64,000 bases of DNA, from the NCBI RefSeq assembly GCF_009914755.1, contig NC_060938.1; one strand, written 5' to 3'. The stretch is from the human T2T-CHM13v2.0 reference genome, Homo sapiens. The notes below the pieces were generated by a model, which was not told the DNA's origin, did not search any database, and saw only the letters and a list, made by a program, of their open reading frames with translations. Made by a program: the position numbers and the translations under genes. Positions 38,794 through 54,001 of this stretch are shown one piece after another. The first letter of the stretch is position 1; each line of letters starts with the position of its first letter.

Positions 38794-39799
38794 CTATACA
38801 CTCTAGAGACAAGGTGGGCCTCTAAAAATTAAGTGATAATCATCCCTATTTTCAAAGAAATATATTTTCATTTGACCCAAGACATTGTGTTATTTTGAGC
38901 TTTCTATTATCTTTATCCACCTATCCACCCCCAACTATTTTCATAAACCCGAAAGCCAAACTAGATCTGGATCCACGTGCTTGGTATTATGGGTTTTATG
39001 GGTGACATTTCTCTTTTTTTTTTTTTCCTGACTATTACAAAGCTCTAATTCATTGTGAATTTCAATGAGAGTTTTCTTGGCACAGAAAAGAAGCACCTGC
39101 TGATTTTCTGCTTTATCAAGAAACACCTGCTGCTTTATCAAGAGTGAGTAGAGGTAAGCAACAGTATGTGTCTGATTATCAATGCACCCCTAGTAGATAA
39201 TTAAGAAGTTTCCCTTCACTTAGACACACATTCATTTTTACAGTCAATAAATATCTACTGAGTATCCAAAAGGAAAAGGTGTTAGGTACTGAGTCAATGA
39301 AACATACATGTCATTCACAAACATCAGGCAATCTGATTAATATTATAATAATTTTTTAAAAAAATCTGGGGGAGTGGAGACATCAAGTTGAATAGCATGG
39401 TTCTTTCTGTTAAATGGTTTGCAATCTAGTGCAAATGGAATTTTGTGGAAGTAAATGTCAGGACAAGGAGTAAGACAAATTATTAATAAATATGATAAAA
39501 AAGGAAATGTGGTGTCATACTAAAGAAAGGGTTAAATTCAAGCTCAGAAAGAGGTGAGAGTAATTTTTTTGAATAGATGATCACTATTATTATTTCAAAA
39601 GATAATGGAGGCAGCACTATATAAGTTAAATTACAGATGAGAAGGATTGCTCAGTAGAGGAGAAATAATACAGTGAAGATGTAGAAAGGATATAACATGT
39701 TTTCGGACATAAGAAGGGAGGGAATTCTATATGCATGCTGTGAGTTTGTGTGTACACACAGAGGTTCATATCCCTGTCTCCTCAAGAGCATGTTTTGGC

Positions 39800-39995
39800 A
39801 AAGTGATTACCAGCTCTAACAGTTGGGTTCAAATTCCAGCTCCTTTACTCACTGGCTGTATCACTTTGGCAAATGGTTTATCATCATTCTGGTTCTTATT
39901 CCTCTTGCGCAATCTCAAGTTTAGAGGCATGTTATAAGAATTAAATTTCATAATGCATGAAAGCACTAGGTTCAATCCTATAATGAGGTCAATAT
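39800..39995 (+). mobile_element. MIR SINE
   Basis: 'tgggttcaaattccagctcctttactcactggctgtatcactttggcaaatgg...gttataagaattaaatttcataatgcatgaaagcact'. Confidence 0.65.
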
Positions 39996-40574
39996 TCAAA
40001 AAGTCTTTTTAAAAATCATCTGCTCCAAAATAAAAAAAAAATACAACTTTAGAGGAGTAATTATTGATATGATTGTTGTATTGCTTTAGTATTGTTTTAC
40101 TAAGAACACTGAATAGATGAAGTGGAAAAATTTTTTATCTCTTCCTATTTTGAAACAATAAAAAGACTAGTAAATTAAGGCTTTTAAGGAATCTAAGTAG
40201 ACATAACTTCCATTTTCTGTTGAAAGCTATTGTCTACCACAAATTTAGGTTGCCTGGGAGTTATGTGGGCAAAATCTCCAAGGACAACCTAATGACTAAA
40301 TCGCCGTTCTCAGTCATCCCACTTGCTGGAACTCGGCAGCATTTGACACCATCAGGCTTTCTGTTTGGAATCCCCATTTATGTTTAATTCTTAGGGAACT
40401 TCATTTCAATTCATTTTCTACTTTCTTGACTACTCTTTCTCTGCCTTCCTTGATGAGTCCTCTTCCTCCTCTCCTGCCTTCAGGGAGAAATTCCTTCAGA
40501 TTTTTCTAACATTTTTTTTGTAAGGTAATTATAAGATAATTGCCCTTACCATCTATCTCTTTCTCTCTCCATAA

Positions 40575-40596
40575 ATAGATAGATTAGATAGATAGT

Positions 40597-40636
<40 letters not shown>

Positions 40637-40652
40637 CAGATAGACATAGATA
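40575..40652. repeat. (GATA)n microsatellite within an L2 remnant
   Basis: Direct reading. Confidence 0.95.
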
Positions 40653-41544
40653 TTGCTATATGCTATATGCTCTCTCTTCCCTCCTCCCCTCCCCCACACA
40701 AACAGATATATCTGTTTATAATAATCTCAAAATTGTATTTCAAGTATTATAAAGTTTTAGATGTATCTGTTTATATGGCAGAAGGGAGAGAGAGGATATA
40801 ATCTGTTTATATGGGGAAGGGGAGAGAGAATATATATTTAAAAACTCAATTATATATATACACACATATATATTAAAGATAAAATTATATAATCTTAGAA
40901 AACTCATTCCCTCTCATAAATTAAATTATTATGCCTATGAGAATGATTTCCACATCTTATCTCCAGTTGTTACTTTTAACTGAGTACCCTCATTTTTCAA
41001 TTGCCTATTAGACTTGACCATTTGAATGTCCTTAATCTTGCCACTTTAATGTGTCTAAAAGGCAACTTATTGTCTTTCTCGGAAACAAAGTTTTCATTGG
41101 ATTCGCTTTTGATTTATAGTTCCACCCTTCTTCCATGCTAAAAATGCCAAAATTATCTTTACCACTTATTTTTAATATTCTTAAATTATATTACATAGAC
41201 ACTTTTCATTCCCATTGCTACCACCATAATTCAAAACCTTGTTACCTTGTACATGTATATTGCCTTAGCATAATGAGTTTTCTGTTTGTTTCTAGATTTT
41301 CCATAAAATTATATTTCGTCAGGAATTCTTTTTCACATCTACCTCAATGTCATAATGGTCTTGGTACACATCTTGGACATCTATAAAATGCAAAATTGGG
41401 AACACATTAAACACAATATTCTGCCTTGGTTTTTTTATTAAATGACAAACAGAAGTGGTTCTCCAGGGGTAGCACTGGCCATGAAAGCCAGCAGCTTTGC
41501 TGATGGAGAAGGAGCACATAAACTGACGGAGAAGAAGAAAAATC

Positions 41545-41679
41545 TAGCAGTGTTTTCTGTAAGAGAGTGATCTTAGTGAGAAGCAAATGGCTGTCTCATA
41601 TAAAGGATTTTCCTCTTAGTTTTCTGACTTTCTCCATGTGCTTCTCACCAAGATCACTCTCTGACAGAAAGCATTGCTA
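41545..41679. repeat. Inverted repeat with 46-bp arms (41/46 identical) and a 43-nt spacer
   Basis: 41545-41590 tagcagtgttttctgtaagagagtgatcttagtgagaagcaaatgg versus reverse complement of 41634-41679 tagcaatgctttctgtcagagagtgatcttggtgagaagcacatgg. Confidence 0.93.
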
Positions 41680-44600
41680 ATATCTCCATAATATCCCTGG
41701 CTAACCAGGAGTCTACATATGTGTGCAGAAGAAACACAAGAAGGCCTAGCAGAAAATAAAGCCAGGATAGATTGGAAAATGACTGAGCTTTGAAATGTGC
41801 TCCCAACCCACACTAAGCTCCATTCGTAAGGGGTAGAAGCCTTCCTGTTTGAGGTGTTTGAAGACAACATATAATCATTTACTGTATGACTGCTAAGCTA
41901 TGCAAAAACTGCCACAACCTCTTAGGAAGCCAACCAAAAGAGATTAAAAGTATTCAAAAATATTAAGCAGATGCATTAGTTGCTGCACACCATGGAGAGA
42001 GGCAGATCCCGCAAATTTAGCCCAAGCAAGTTATTAAAACAAATCAATCAACAACAACAACTAAATAAGAATGAAAAATCTCAGGAAAAAATCCAGAGTT
42101 GCTACAATATATTTTCAAAAATATGCAGGTAAAAAATGTTATGAGATATGCAGTTGATCCTGAAGCCCTTCTCCAGCCTCTTTATAGTATCTTCTCAGAT
42201 GTTCTCATCAGTTCCTAAAGTTTGTAACCAATATGCTGATGATAGATCATTAAGAATGAGTATCCTGAACAGATATTCACAACCAACTGATTGTCATTTC
42301 TGTCTCCTAACCAGTCTCATTTTAAGGCTTCTAAGCCAGCAAACATCTGAAGTTTTTCATATTCTAAATTACATTCTAATATCTAAGATGAACTTCTAAT
42401 TTATCTAGTGCCAAATATTTTGCCTCATAATGAATGCAGAAAACCTAATACTCAAGTTTTTACAACCACTTTGGCCTAATGGTGCTTGTAAATAATGCAT
42501 TTGCATAATGAGCAATATTTATAAAAGCCAATTACTGCTAATATGTATGACCTTTTGGCATCAGGTACGCTAATAACCTTTGAAATGTTGACTAGATTAT
42601 ATAATGCCAAAACAAAACTTAGGTATAATAGGAGCCAGGCTCCTTGTATATATAAGAATGAAGGTTAGTTTCTATTTTGGCTGCACTTATAAACAGGTGT
42701 TAATTAGATATGTGATTTGAATTAAAAATTCTGGTACATTTTCAAATAGAGAGCATTAAAAAGGAATTATGTGAAAATGACTATAACTAGACGCAAGAGC
42801 CCTACTTTTACAAAATAATTTCTAATGAAATAGAACTAACTTGTAACATAAATACTGAGATTCAGATATTTTCAAAGTATTAATCCTCTAAAGTTGCTAT
42901 ACAGTTTATATTTATAGACAAGATTTTGTAGGCTTTTGTTAATTCGTGTGTACTTAATATAAATAAATATTAAAAATAATAATCAGGTTAAATTTTAACT
43001 TATTTTTTTAAAGGCCATAATAAGTATCCTCAAACATTTAATTCACTTTTTTTTTGTTATGTTGTAAAACGAATGTATTTCACCTAAGTGCGGGTAGATT
43101 TACAGGTCATTCTATTAAAGCACTTTAGTTTCTGTATATTACATTTTAAATTGCTTATTTACAACTATATATGCTTTAATACGGCAGCTTAGCCATAATG
43201 AGTTCATGTAATAGAACCACAGAGCTGATTGTGTTTTGTAGCAATAAAAATACTAATGCAAAATATAGTGTAATCTGATTTTTGCATTACTGCCGTGCTC
43301 TGTCCTACTTGAATTATTTAGGGATCCAAATTCAATTCTCCAAAACACAAATAAGTTTCAACTACTTATCAAATAATTTTCAACTTTGATAATATTACCA
43401 CAGGTCTGTTCTCATCTATCAGGTCTAACCCTAGACAAAATAGCCTAAGTAGAGTGAGTTATTTTGAGTAATTAATTCAGTTAGATTTTCAGCTCTATGT
43501 TCATCTTTTAGTGACCTCGTACTAAACACTAAATTCGTAACCTGAGCATTAACAATTACTCAGTGATTATTTAGGTCTACGCCCTGGCCCTCAGTCATGG
43601 GAATCCATGCAGTTATTTCATCTTCTTTTATCAATCTTCTTTGTAATTTTCTTTTATTTTCTTCCTAAATTATTACTTATATTCCATTTTCTCAACACTT
43701 TGTCACTCATGTGACAAAATAATTGCAATAATTTAATTTTTAAAAATACAGAATGTGCAAGCCCAGTAGGAGTCTAAAAAGTAAAAAGTGATTTTACTTT
43801 CTCAAGGCTCATGAAGTCTAGTGGTGAGCTGCAAGTATACAGGGTAACGTATAATAAGCACTAGAAGTATCAAAGTTGATGATACTACTGACTTTTTAAA
43901 CAGTTTTAAAATAGCCTCAAATTGCCATCTTTCCTGTAATACATTTATGTAGAATGTCAAACTCCTTCCTTTTGTAATTATTCTCCATATCCTGACTTTT
44001 TAGCAAGGCTTTTTTTTCGACAATAGTCAAAAAATCTTTGTAGAATGTGCTGAAAATTATAAACTATCTCAATTGAATACAGTATGTGATAATGGTAGTA
44101 ATTTTATTTTTGCCCCAAATATTTTTTTTGCTCATTTTTCAGTTTCATAACTCTTTAGATTACTTCTCTGACTTTTTATGCTTGAGGTTAGTAGGCTGAA
44201 ATGCTGCAGAGATTCCTAACTTATAACTCAAAGCCTGAAGCCTATATTATACTCTCTCAAATGGATCAAACATCTTTAAAAATACAGCTAAAGGAAAGGG
44301 GAGAAAATGGGTCAAACATTTTGTGTTTGTACTATTTTCGGTGGAAACATTCTTATTACTTAAAACCTCTGAACAGAAGTTAGCTATCAATTCTGCAAGA
44401 GTCACTCATGACTAACAGGAAAACACAAAATCATCCCACAGCACATGATGCTTTCTACCTTGGTGTTAGTGAGCACTCACAATTAGTAGGACATGAGGCT
44501 GTGAAGGTCAGCTTATGGATTGCAAACTCCTCCCTAATCTCCTCAAGCTCTATCCTCATTTCCTAAAGTTTTCTCCACACACGTATGAACACAAAAAAAT

Positions 44601-45296
44601 GTTTTCTCTATTCTTTCTTCATTTTTGAACCTTTTTTATTGAAATATAAACTAATATAGAAAACAAATGTCTAAGCATAACTTATGAGTAAACTGTTCAG
44701 CTAGTTTTCACAAACTGAACACATCCTTGTAATCAGCATCTGGATAAAACATAGAATATTCCAATATCCAGAAAAGAAACATGTTGAAACAGAACATTTT
44801 TAGAAATGAAAAATAGGTATGTTAATTAAAATAAAGGTGAGAAAGGTAATCCCTTTTCCGTGTATATGCACGTGCTGACTATATAATATGCCATTTCCAA
44901 AAAATGGGTTCACAGAAGACTTTCCAAGCATATTTGTGTTATTGTTCAAAAGCTTTTGTGATAATAATGATTTGGAGATGTTGAATTAAAGCTAGTCAAA
45001 CAAGTTTACCACATAGGATCTTCACAAATTCAGACTCCAGTGTCTACTCCCTGATGGTTCTCAAGTCAGGAGAGAAATGAGAAAAAATACTTCTTGTCTA
45101 TTCTTATAATTATTTTTTTCTACCTGGAGAGAACTCAGTTAGTGTAAATTGTGGCCTCTCCATCTTTTACACTTTTTTCCCCAGGAGAATGAGTAATCAA
45201 TTGATAAATTTGGGACAAATGAATTAGACATGCTAACAGTAGTTCTTCCCACGGAGTAAACTTTGTCTTGAAAGTGAGCTACCTCAAGGGAGCAAG

Positions 45297-46318
45297 CAGA
45301 ATTGGCTTCACAAATGTATCACCTGTGTGGCCACATAGAACTTACCACTGAGACGAGCCCTCCTTGGTTTAACGTTCTACCGTTGCCATCTTGAAATTCT
45401 TAATAATTTTATCTTTAAACTGTATTATGGAAATGAAGTCCAGCAGGAAAATGAAGCACACTTAGGAGTAGAGTAGATAAATGCAATATATACATCTACC
45501 ATTGTTGCTGCTCCGTTAGCATAGGATATTCATAATGCCCCATGAACACAGAATTTCTGTGGACCCACCTTCCATGAGAGTTTAAAGAGATTTAAAAAGA
45601 GTTCAAGGTAAGCCTGCTACATCTCAGACTGAAAAAGTGGGAGTGCTGACAACCTAGAGAGTCCAAGTTTTCCATTCAAACCAGAACTTGCTTTGAATGC
45701 AGAAGTAAGACAATGGTGTTCTAAGAAGCATGGACAACCAAGAGAGCCTTTCATATACTTTATTACTCATGTTACTTCTCTGTGTTAGCCAGCCACTACA
45801 TTGAAATAAGGGCGTAGAAGGAAGAGAGAGAAATAGAGACACCCTTGGTTTCTTTTCATTTCAACCATTCCTTACTCATCAGTAGGCCAAAGGCAAAGTG
45901 TTGGTGGAATGGGTATATATCAAGAAGTGAAATAAAAACAGTTGAGTTAGTTTTGTGCATCATTTACACAGTTATGTTAAAAGCGAAATACATAGGTTAT
46001 ATATAAGCTACAAAATACAGATTAATTGTGATAATTTGCTAATGAGTTAAATTCTCTTATAGTTTCATTTAAAACTGCCATTGCACAATATAACATTGAA
46101 CGGTAAAATTCATGCTAATAATTTAAATTTTCAATTTTCATTTAGTTAGAATGACACTAAGTAGCAAATAAAAATGTCCTAATTGGGAAAGAGAGAGAGA
46201 GACGGTGAAACAAAGAAAAGAAACTTTTAATGTTTTAATACATTTTTCCAACTTACTAAAGAAGTGGCCCCACATTTTCACTTTGTGTCAGGCACCACAT
46301 AGTATGCAGCTGACTCTG
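45297..46318 (+). mobile_element. MER45B-like hAT-Tip100 DNA transposon, near full length
   Basis: CAG..CTG termini; 'ttggtttaacgttctaccgttgccatcttgaaattcttaataatttt' and 'ggccccacattttcactttg'; 8-bp degenerate TSD ggagcaag / gaggcaag. Confidence 0.78.
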
Positions 46319-48904
46319 GAGGCAAGCATTCTCCTCTGCCCTCAGGGACTGGATGTAACCCTCCAGGAGGCGAAGCCTGCTGTTATGATCAGGGAGATTA
46401 AGTCTACCTAGTTCTTGGGTTTCATCAGTAAGCCATTAGGCTCTCACACTGAGTTGCATTTCCCAACCTCACTTCTGTGAGTAATAAACGTCATATTTGG
46501 GATTTTTCTGCTACTTTTTGTTTTATTTTTCAACAACTGAATGTAGGAAGATACACAGATGTAACTGATATCCAGTCTAATTTTGGACTACATTACATCC
46601 ATAACTCAGGAAATCTGAGTAAAATCTGTGGATTGTACCAACGTCAACATCCTAATGCTAAAGTTGTACTGTTTGGAAATTGAGTGAAGTATACGTGGGG
46701 ACTTCCCTGTACATTCTTTTGAAACTTCTTATGAGTCTATAATTATCTCTTAATAAAAAGAAAAAATTATAATAATTTTAAATTTATTAATTTTATTTTA
46801 ATTAAACTACTTTATGTTGGCTATTTGCCTGAAAATAATGATAATGTTAATAATATTTAAATTAATAATAACAGTTAATATGGACTATATTTACTACATA
46901 CCAAATATTATATTAAGATAGAACATGGTATAGGTAATGTTTAAGTAGTAGGTTTTCTACAAAAATTTGAATAAATACATGAATTAAAGATAAGTAAATT
47001 ATAATATTTGAGGCTGTCAAGGAGGTAAGAAATTACTATAATATTATAGCCAGTGAAAAGAACAATATTACAAAATGAGTTTTGTTTTTAATGGCTGGAG
47101 GGAATTAGTAACATTAGACTTCAGTATAAAATTTGAACTATTAATTTAGTGCTAAGTTATAGTATATTTTTTCCAAAACTCTAATACAACTTTGATTAAA
47201 TTGCAACCATCTTCCAGGAGTATGAAATTCCAATTATAAAGTCAGTATTAGCAATTTCTTTTGGTTTATAAAGAACATCACAATTACTCATGAAACCTAG
47301 TATTTAGATAACTGTTTCTTTTTTAAAGCAGGATAGCCAATCTCTGCATCTAGAAAAGGCAACTCTTCAGTGAGGGAAACTTTGGAAAACTAATATTAAA
47401 GTTAATCACCTGGTAATTATGTTAAAAGATTATTCCATGAAGTGTGAATTTATATGCTGACAGGTAAATAAAATTCAATTGTTGCTTCATGGTACACGTT
47501 TGTACATTTGGGAAAACCAAGGTGTTTAAAAATAGTCAAATTTTCAGTCAATATTTAGAGAAAGATCTTCGTTACTAGGCAGAATTCAAATTATGCAGTG
47601 ATATAATATTATTTTAATTATAATTGAGATTTGCTTTAATTATTACAATCCAGTTATATTCTTTCTACCAACTCAAGATCCTCTATTATGTGTCATCCCC
47701 ACCTATCTACAAATGAGTTTTTAAATACTGCAACCCTGCCTATCTATTTCCTTCAAATATGGCACCTCAGTACTTTTCCATGTGAGTTTCATTACGGCGA
47801 TTTTGTTTGGAGCATTCACTCCACCCTGCATACCTTTCTCTCTTCATCATACCTGGTAAAATCTCCCTGTGCTTTAAAATCCAGCTCACCAAAAACCATT
47901 TATAGGTATGATTACTTATGTGCCAGGCATTGTGCCAATATCCAAATTACCACTTATGGTGTGGCGGGTACAATTATTATTCTTACTTTCCAAATGAGGA
48001 GATCTGGGGTTTGGAAACGTAAAGTAAGCCCAAAACCTCAGCAGCAGGATGCTGTGGATTTGGATTACATAAGAATTCCGACTACCCAGCCACAGAGACT
48101 ATATGAAGAGGCCCTGGGACTACAGAGAAAGGCAGAGAGGTCCAGTCATCATACTCATCAAGGCTTTAGGCATGTGAGGGAAACCGACTTTTTTACTTTA
48201 TCAAGACCAGAGTAGCTGCTCACGAAGCCAGTCAATGTTTCATGGAGATGCTTAATTTTTTAGTTGGGCCTTTTCCAAATTCCTGACCCAGAACACTATA
48301 AGATATAAGAAAACATAAATTCCAAGAGAATTCAACATCCAGCCAGTCCTCTAAACTAATATGCCAGACTATAGTCACACTCAAGACTCATCTTCTTAAT
48401 TATTTAATTTACTCATTTCACTGGGAAGGAGGAATTAGATAATTAACAATAAACCTTAGTAACAAATGATGGACTCATATTGCAGCAAAATATTTCGGCA
48501 TATTAATTTCTGTCTCTTGCCTGGAATCCTATATTAGTTGTAGTCTAGAATGCACAATTCTATGTTTAAGTTTAATTCTATGTTTAAGTTTTAATCCATC
48601 ATTTTTCAATGGTTTCATACCTAAGAAAGTAGAAAAGTCTTCTGCAGTAGCCTTGAAAAGCACTCTGAATAAAATTTGCATTATTTCATACTTTTGAGCC
48701 CTAACACCACTTTGACTTTCCTAGTAGATTCTGTCATAAATGGTGCTATCCAGAAAAATAAAGGCATTTATTTTGAAAACCCGTAAGTCTAAAATTCATA
48801 GACAAAGTCAAATTTAGAAGTCAATTTAGAAGTTGGATTTAAAAAGCAACAAGATCCCAAACTAGTTCCTACTTTATTTTACCTTTCTCATTTTCTGCTT
48901 CTAG

Positions 48905-49235
<331 letters not shown>

Positions 49236-50167
49236 GAAAATATTTTTATTACCCAGTTATGGCAGCTTCTCTAATTAGTGTATACAATGGCCTAAATAGG
49301 AAATTAGAAACAAATTGCTTAGCATGAGAAGAACATTAATATGCTAAAGCACACAGTACTATCTACATAAAACCCAGATGACGTTAGCAATACATAGAGT
49401 ACTTGATACCTACACAGGTGCCAATAATATCTATTCCTGTCTATCACAGAGCCTGATATAACAGTTTATGGGGTTGATCTTTCAATTTCTTAATGCCATT
49501 CAAGCACCAAGAATTTCCAATAAAATTTAAAGATTCATTTTTGTTCTGGTGATTTTTTTTTTAATAATTTTTTCGAACCTTTGTGATGATATGAAGTGGA
49601 AGGTTTATGTGTCCAGTGATCGTACTTAGTGGAATTCAGAAATAGGTGCACAGAGTTATCTGTGTGTGGTGAAAGTCCCTTAACCACCAGGAATATTGAT
49701 CCACAGTTTGAGATTAGGTAAGTGAGAGAATAACCACACACATATTAAAATCTACCTGACATCCAAAACTAAAATATTAAAGAAGATTTTCACAACCATT
49801 ATTATCAAGTCCAGCTAGATGCTAAGAGCATAGACTTTAAATCAGACTGACTTACATTGGAATCCCAGCTTTGTTACTCATTGTCTGTAATTCTACGCCT
49901 CAGTTTTCTCACGTGTAAAATAGTCACAGTGATACTTAGACTTACCATTCATTTATTACAAAAGAAATTTATTTATTGAGTATGTATTAAGTGGAGAACA
50001 TTATATACTTGAGACAGCAGTAAACACAGTGGACAAAATACATGGCACTTACATTCTTTCAGAGGAAACAGATGATATAAAGAAGGCAAGAAGTGCTATG
50101 AAAAAAAAATAAGCAGAGAAAAACATTAGAAGCTGCTGAGAAAATCGATTATTAAATTTTTAAAAAG

Positions 50168-50585
<418 letters not shown>

Positions 50586-50749
50586 CTAGCTGGAAAGAAC
50601 AGTAAGTGTAAAGATTCAGAGGTGGGAGGTTTGAGCATTCTATTGCTGAATACTATCAGGCAGGTGTACAGTGAATAGAAGAAAAGGAGATCCACACACC
50701 CTTTTCCTGTCAAGTAGAGTCCCTATGAATTTTATTGTTCAAAAATAAA

Positions 50750-51186
50750 TGTCAAAAAACAAAATGTTAACGAATTGAATTTAATGATCAAATTGGCTTT
50801 TTTAAATGATCCATGAATCAGGTAGCATGTCATCTATAAAACAGAATGGCGCTCCTGTGAGCTGAATAGAGAGGATGAGCCTTTACAAACAGAAAAGGTT
50901 GAAGAAAGCCAAAACCGGGAACAGAAAGGAGACTGGCCCTTTCAAAGTGCATTTCCTTAAAGGACTAAGGCAGAGGGAACCTTCTTATCATGCAGATTCA
51001 TGTTGACTGGGCCCCTTTTTATTGGTTGCTATAAATGTCCTATTTTTGGAAAACTGGCCAATTTCTAAGTTACATTTTATTACATGGCACCAAGCACAAG
51101 TGACTCTCATGATTTGGTCTGGTCTCTTTCGGCCATGTGCAGCATCTCAGTTTAAAACAATGGCTTCCCATAAATTTTATTTAACA
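50750..51186 (-). mobile_element. ERV1 solo LTR (MER67/MER93-group-like; name tentative)
   Basis: Reverse complement starts 'tgttaaataaaatttatgggaagccattgttttaaactgag...agaccagaccaaatc..gagtcacttgtgct' and ends '..ttgaca'. Confidence 0.65.
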
Positions 51187-51972
51187 TAACTAAAGCAATC
51201 ACAAATAATAGGAAAAAAACAGTTTAAAAAAACTCAAGAATAACATATTGAAGCTTCAGAAAAATAATATATTGTTTCATTTATCCTAATACACATAATT
51301 TTAATATATTTTAACATGTCTGAAATTAGGACTCAGCTAACAATCAATGCGTTAAGAAACTTTACAACTTAATTTGCAATATTTTTTCTCTCTTAGCTAT
51401 ACAAAAAATAATGATGCATCATAGAGTTAACTATTGTAGATTCAGTAAAATATGACAGCTATGAAAATTACTTGAAAAAAGAGCAGAGATAAAAATTCAG
51501 AAAAATTTTACATCTTTTAGTGGGAGGTGAGAGTCTCAATTTCTAGGAACACACACACACACACACATAAAAAAAAAAAAAAACAGGCAAAAGGACAGAA
51601 GAGGCTGAGCTAAAAAAAAATGATATGACGACACAAACCAAAAAGAAAAGAGTTGGAATGGAACAAAATGATCAAAAGGAAATACATATTGTATTATGAA
51701 AATTAAATGCCTCCCTGGAGATGGTAAGGATTGGAATGACTATGGCACAGTTATGAGGAGGATAAATTTGAGAAGCTATCCTTTTCCTAGAATAGCAGAA
51801 AAGACCAAAGAGATAAAACCAGTCAACAAGAAGGTGATAGATATGATGAAACAACATGGAAGCCTAATAGTAGGTGTTCCTCAGGAAAAAAAAAAATGCA
51901 GAACAGAAACAAAAGCAGTCATCAGAAATAAAACTGGAAATAAATATTTTTCATTTGAAAATGATACTGATA

Positions 51973-52286
<314 letters not shown>

Positions 52287-53103
52287 CTAATATTTAAAAC
52301 AAAATAACTTAACCATTTATCTAGAACACATGACAAGTTTTTAGGAGAAAAAGAACTATAAGTACTCAGTGAAGAGAAGACATGAAGGAAGTAAAACCAG
52401 ATTATTAATTAACACATGCCAGGAAAAACTCTGCATTTCTTTAACATTGGTAAATGCTTGAAATTAAAGCAACAATGAATACAAAAACTTAAGGAAAAAT
52501 ATGTTCTTCTAAGATTTTCACTCTCAGACAAACTGTATTTCCAATGTGAAGGCTGAAACACTCCTTCCAATCAGACGATATCTGTTCTGGGTGCTTTTAT
52601 TATTTTCATAATGAAGGCCAACCCTACCCTCGGTAGAATAACTACATTTGTGGACTTTGTCAGAATATAATCTTGAACCTGTTTCCACTCAAGAAATTTC
52701 AAAAACTTGACTGTGACAAGCAATATTTATGGAGAACTCTGTAGGATATACCTTCCAATTTCATTGGCAAGTATTCCTCAAATTGTGTTCATGTGAAGAT
52801 TAATATTCCCAGAATTATTAGTAGAGAAACATAAAGGAAAATTTCTGTGATAAAACGTTAGGAACACACTAAGCTCACCTAAGGTAAAAATAATTCTCTT
52901 CCACAAGACTCCTCAGAGCCTGATAATAAACTAAGGTGATTTGTACATCTACAAGAGCAATATAAAGTGTGCAGCATTCAAATGTATTCACCTCTGCACC
53001 CTGAAAAAACCCACAAATCACTTGTCATGATTTCACATGATGTCATAATTTGCAATAATTATAAAAGTATAATTATATAAACCATATAATTTATATAATT
53101 AAA

Positions 53104-53263
53104 TTTTCCTTTGAAAATGATACTGATAGGCCAGGCGCAATCACTCACATCTGTAATCCCAGCGCTTTGGGAGGCTGAGGCAGGTGGATCACTTGAGGTC
53201 AGGAGTAGGAGACCAGCCTGGCCAATATGGCCAAATCCCGTCTTTTCTAAAAATACAAAAATT
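53104..53263 (+). repeat. Local ~160-bp duplicate of 51948-52107 (flank plus Alu left arm)
   Basis: Shares the non-Alu flank 'tttgaaaatgatactgata' and non-consensus Alu variants 'ggagtaggagacc' and 'atcccgtcttttctaaaa'. Confidence 0.9.
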
Positions 53264-53715
53264 TTTAGAAAATTTATATAATTTATATAATTAGAATTTT
53301 ATATAACTAAAAATGTTTATTTATATAATTAATTAAAATTACATAAATCATAATTTGCGATAAAATTCATTCCTGCAAAAGCCATGTTTGTTTCCATCAG
53401 TACAGTCTGTTTTGGGAGACATAAAAATTTTAACTATGAAACTCTTGGTCATATCAAATTCGTTGCACAGAAGTGTCACCTTTTATAAAACAACAGGAGA
53501 AATGTTTCACTTGTCTTGATATGAAGAGTGGTTGTGTTTCTCCTAAGAAACAAATCATTTGTTTATGTTGATTGCTGTGAACCTCATAATGTATTGAGTT
53601 TTCTTTCTGATGTTGGCTGCTAAAAAGGTTACAGAAACCAAACAAACAAGAAACGACAACAAAAACACTGTGGTCAACTTCTCTGGGAGTGTGGCAAACA
53701 AGAAAGGGAACAGTA

Positions 53716-54001
<286 letters not shown>

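Noticed and set aside
47688-48215. 175-aa ORF
   Set aside because: It runs across L2-, MIR- and MLT1-like remnants, with no recognisable domain or supported exon structure; likely a chance ORF.
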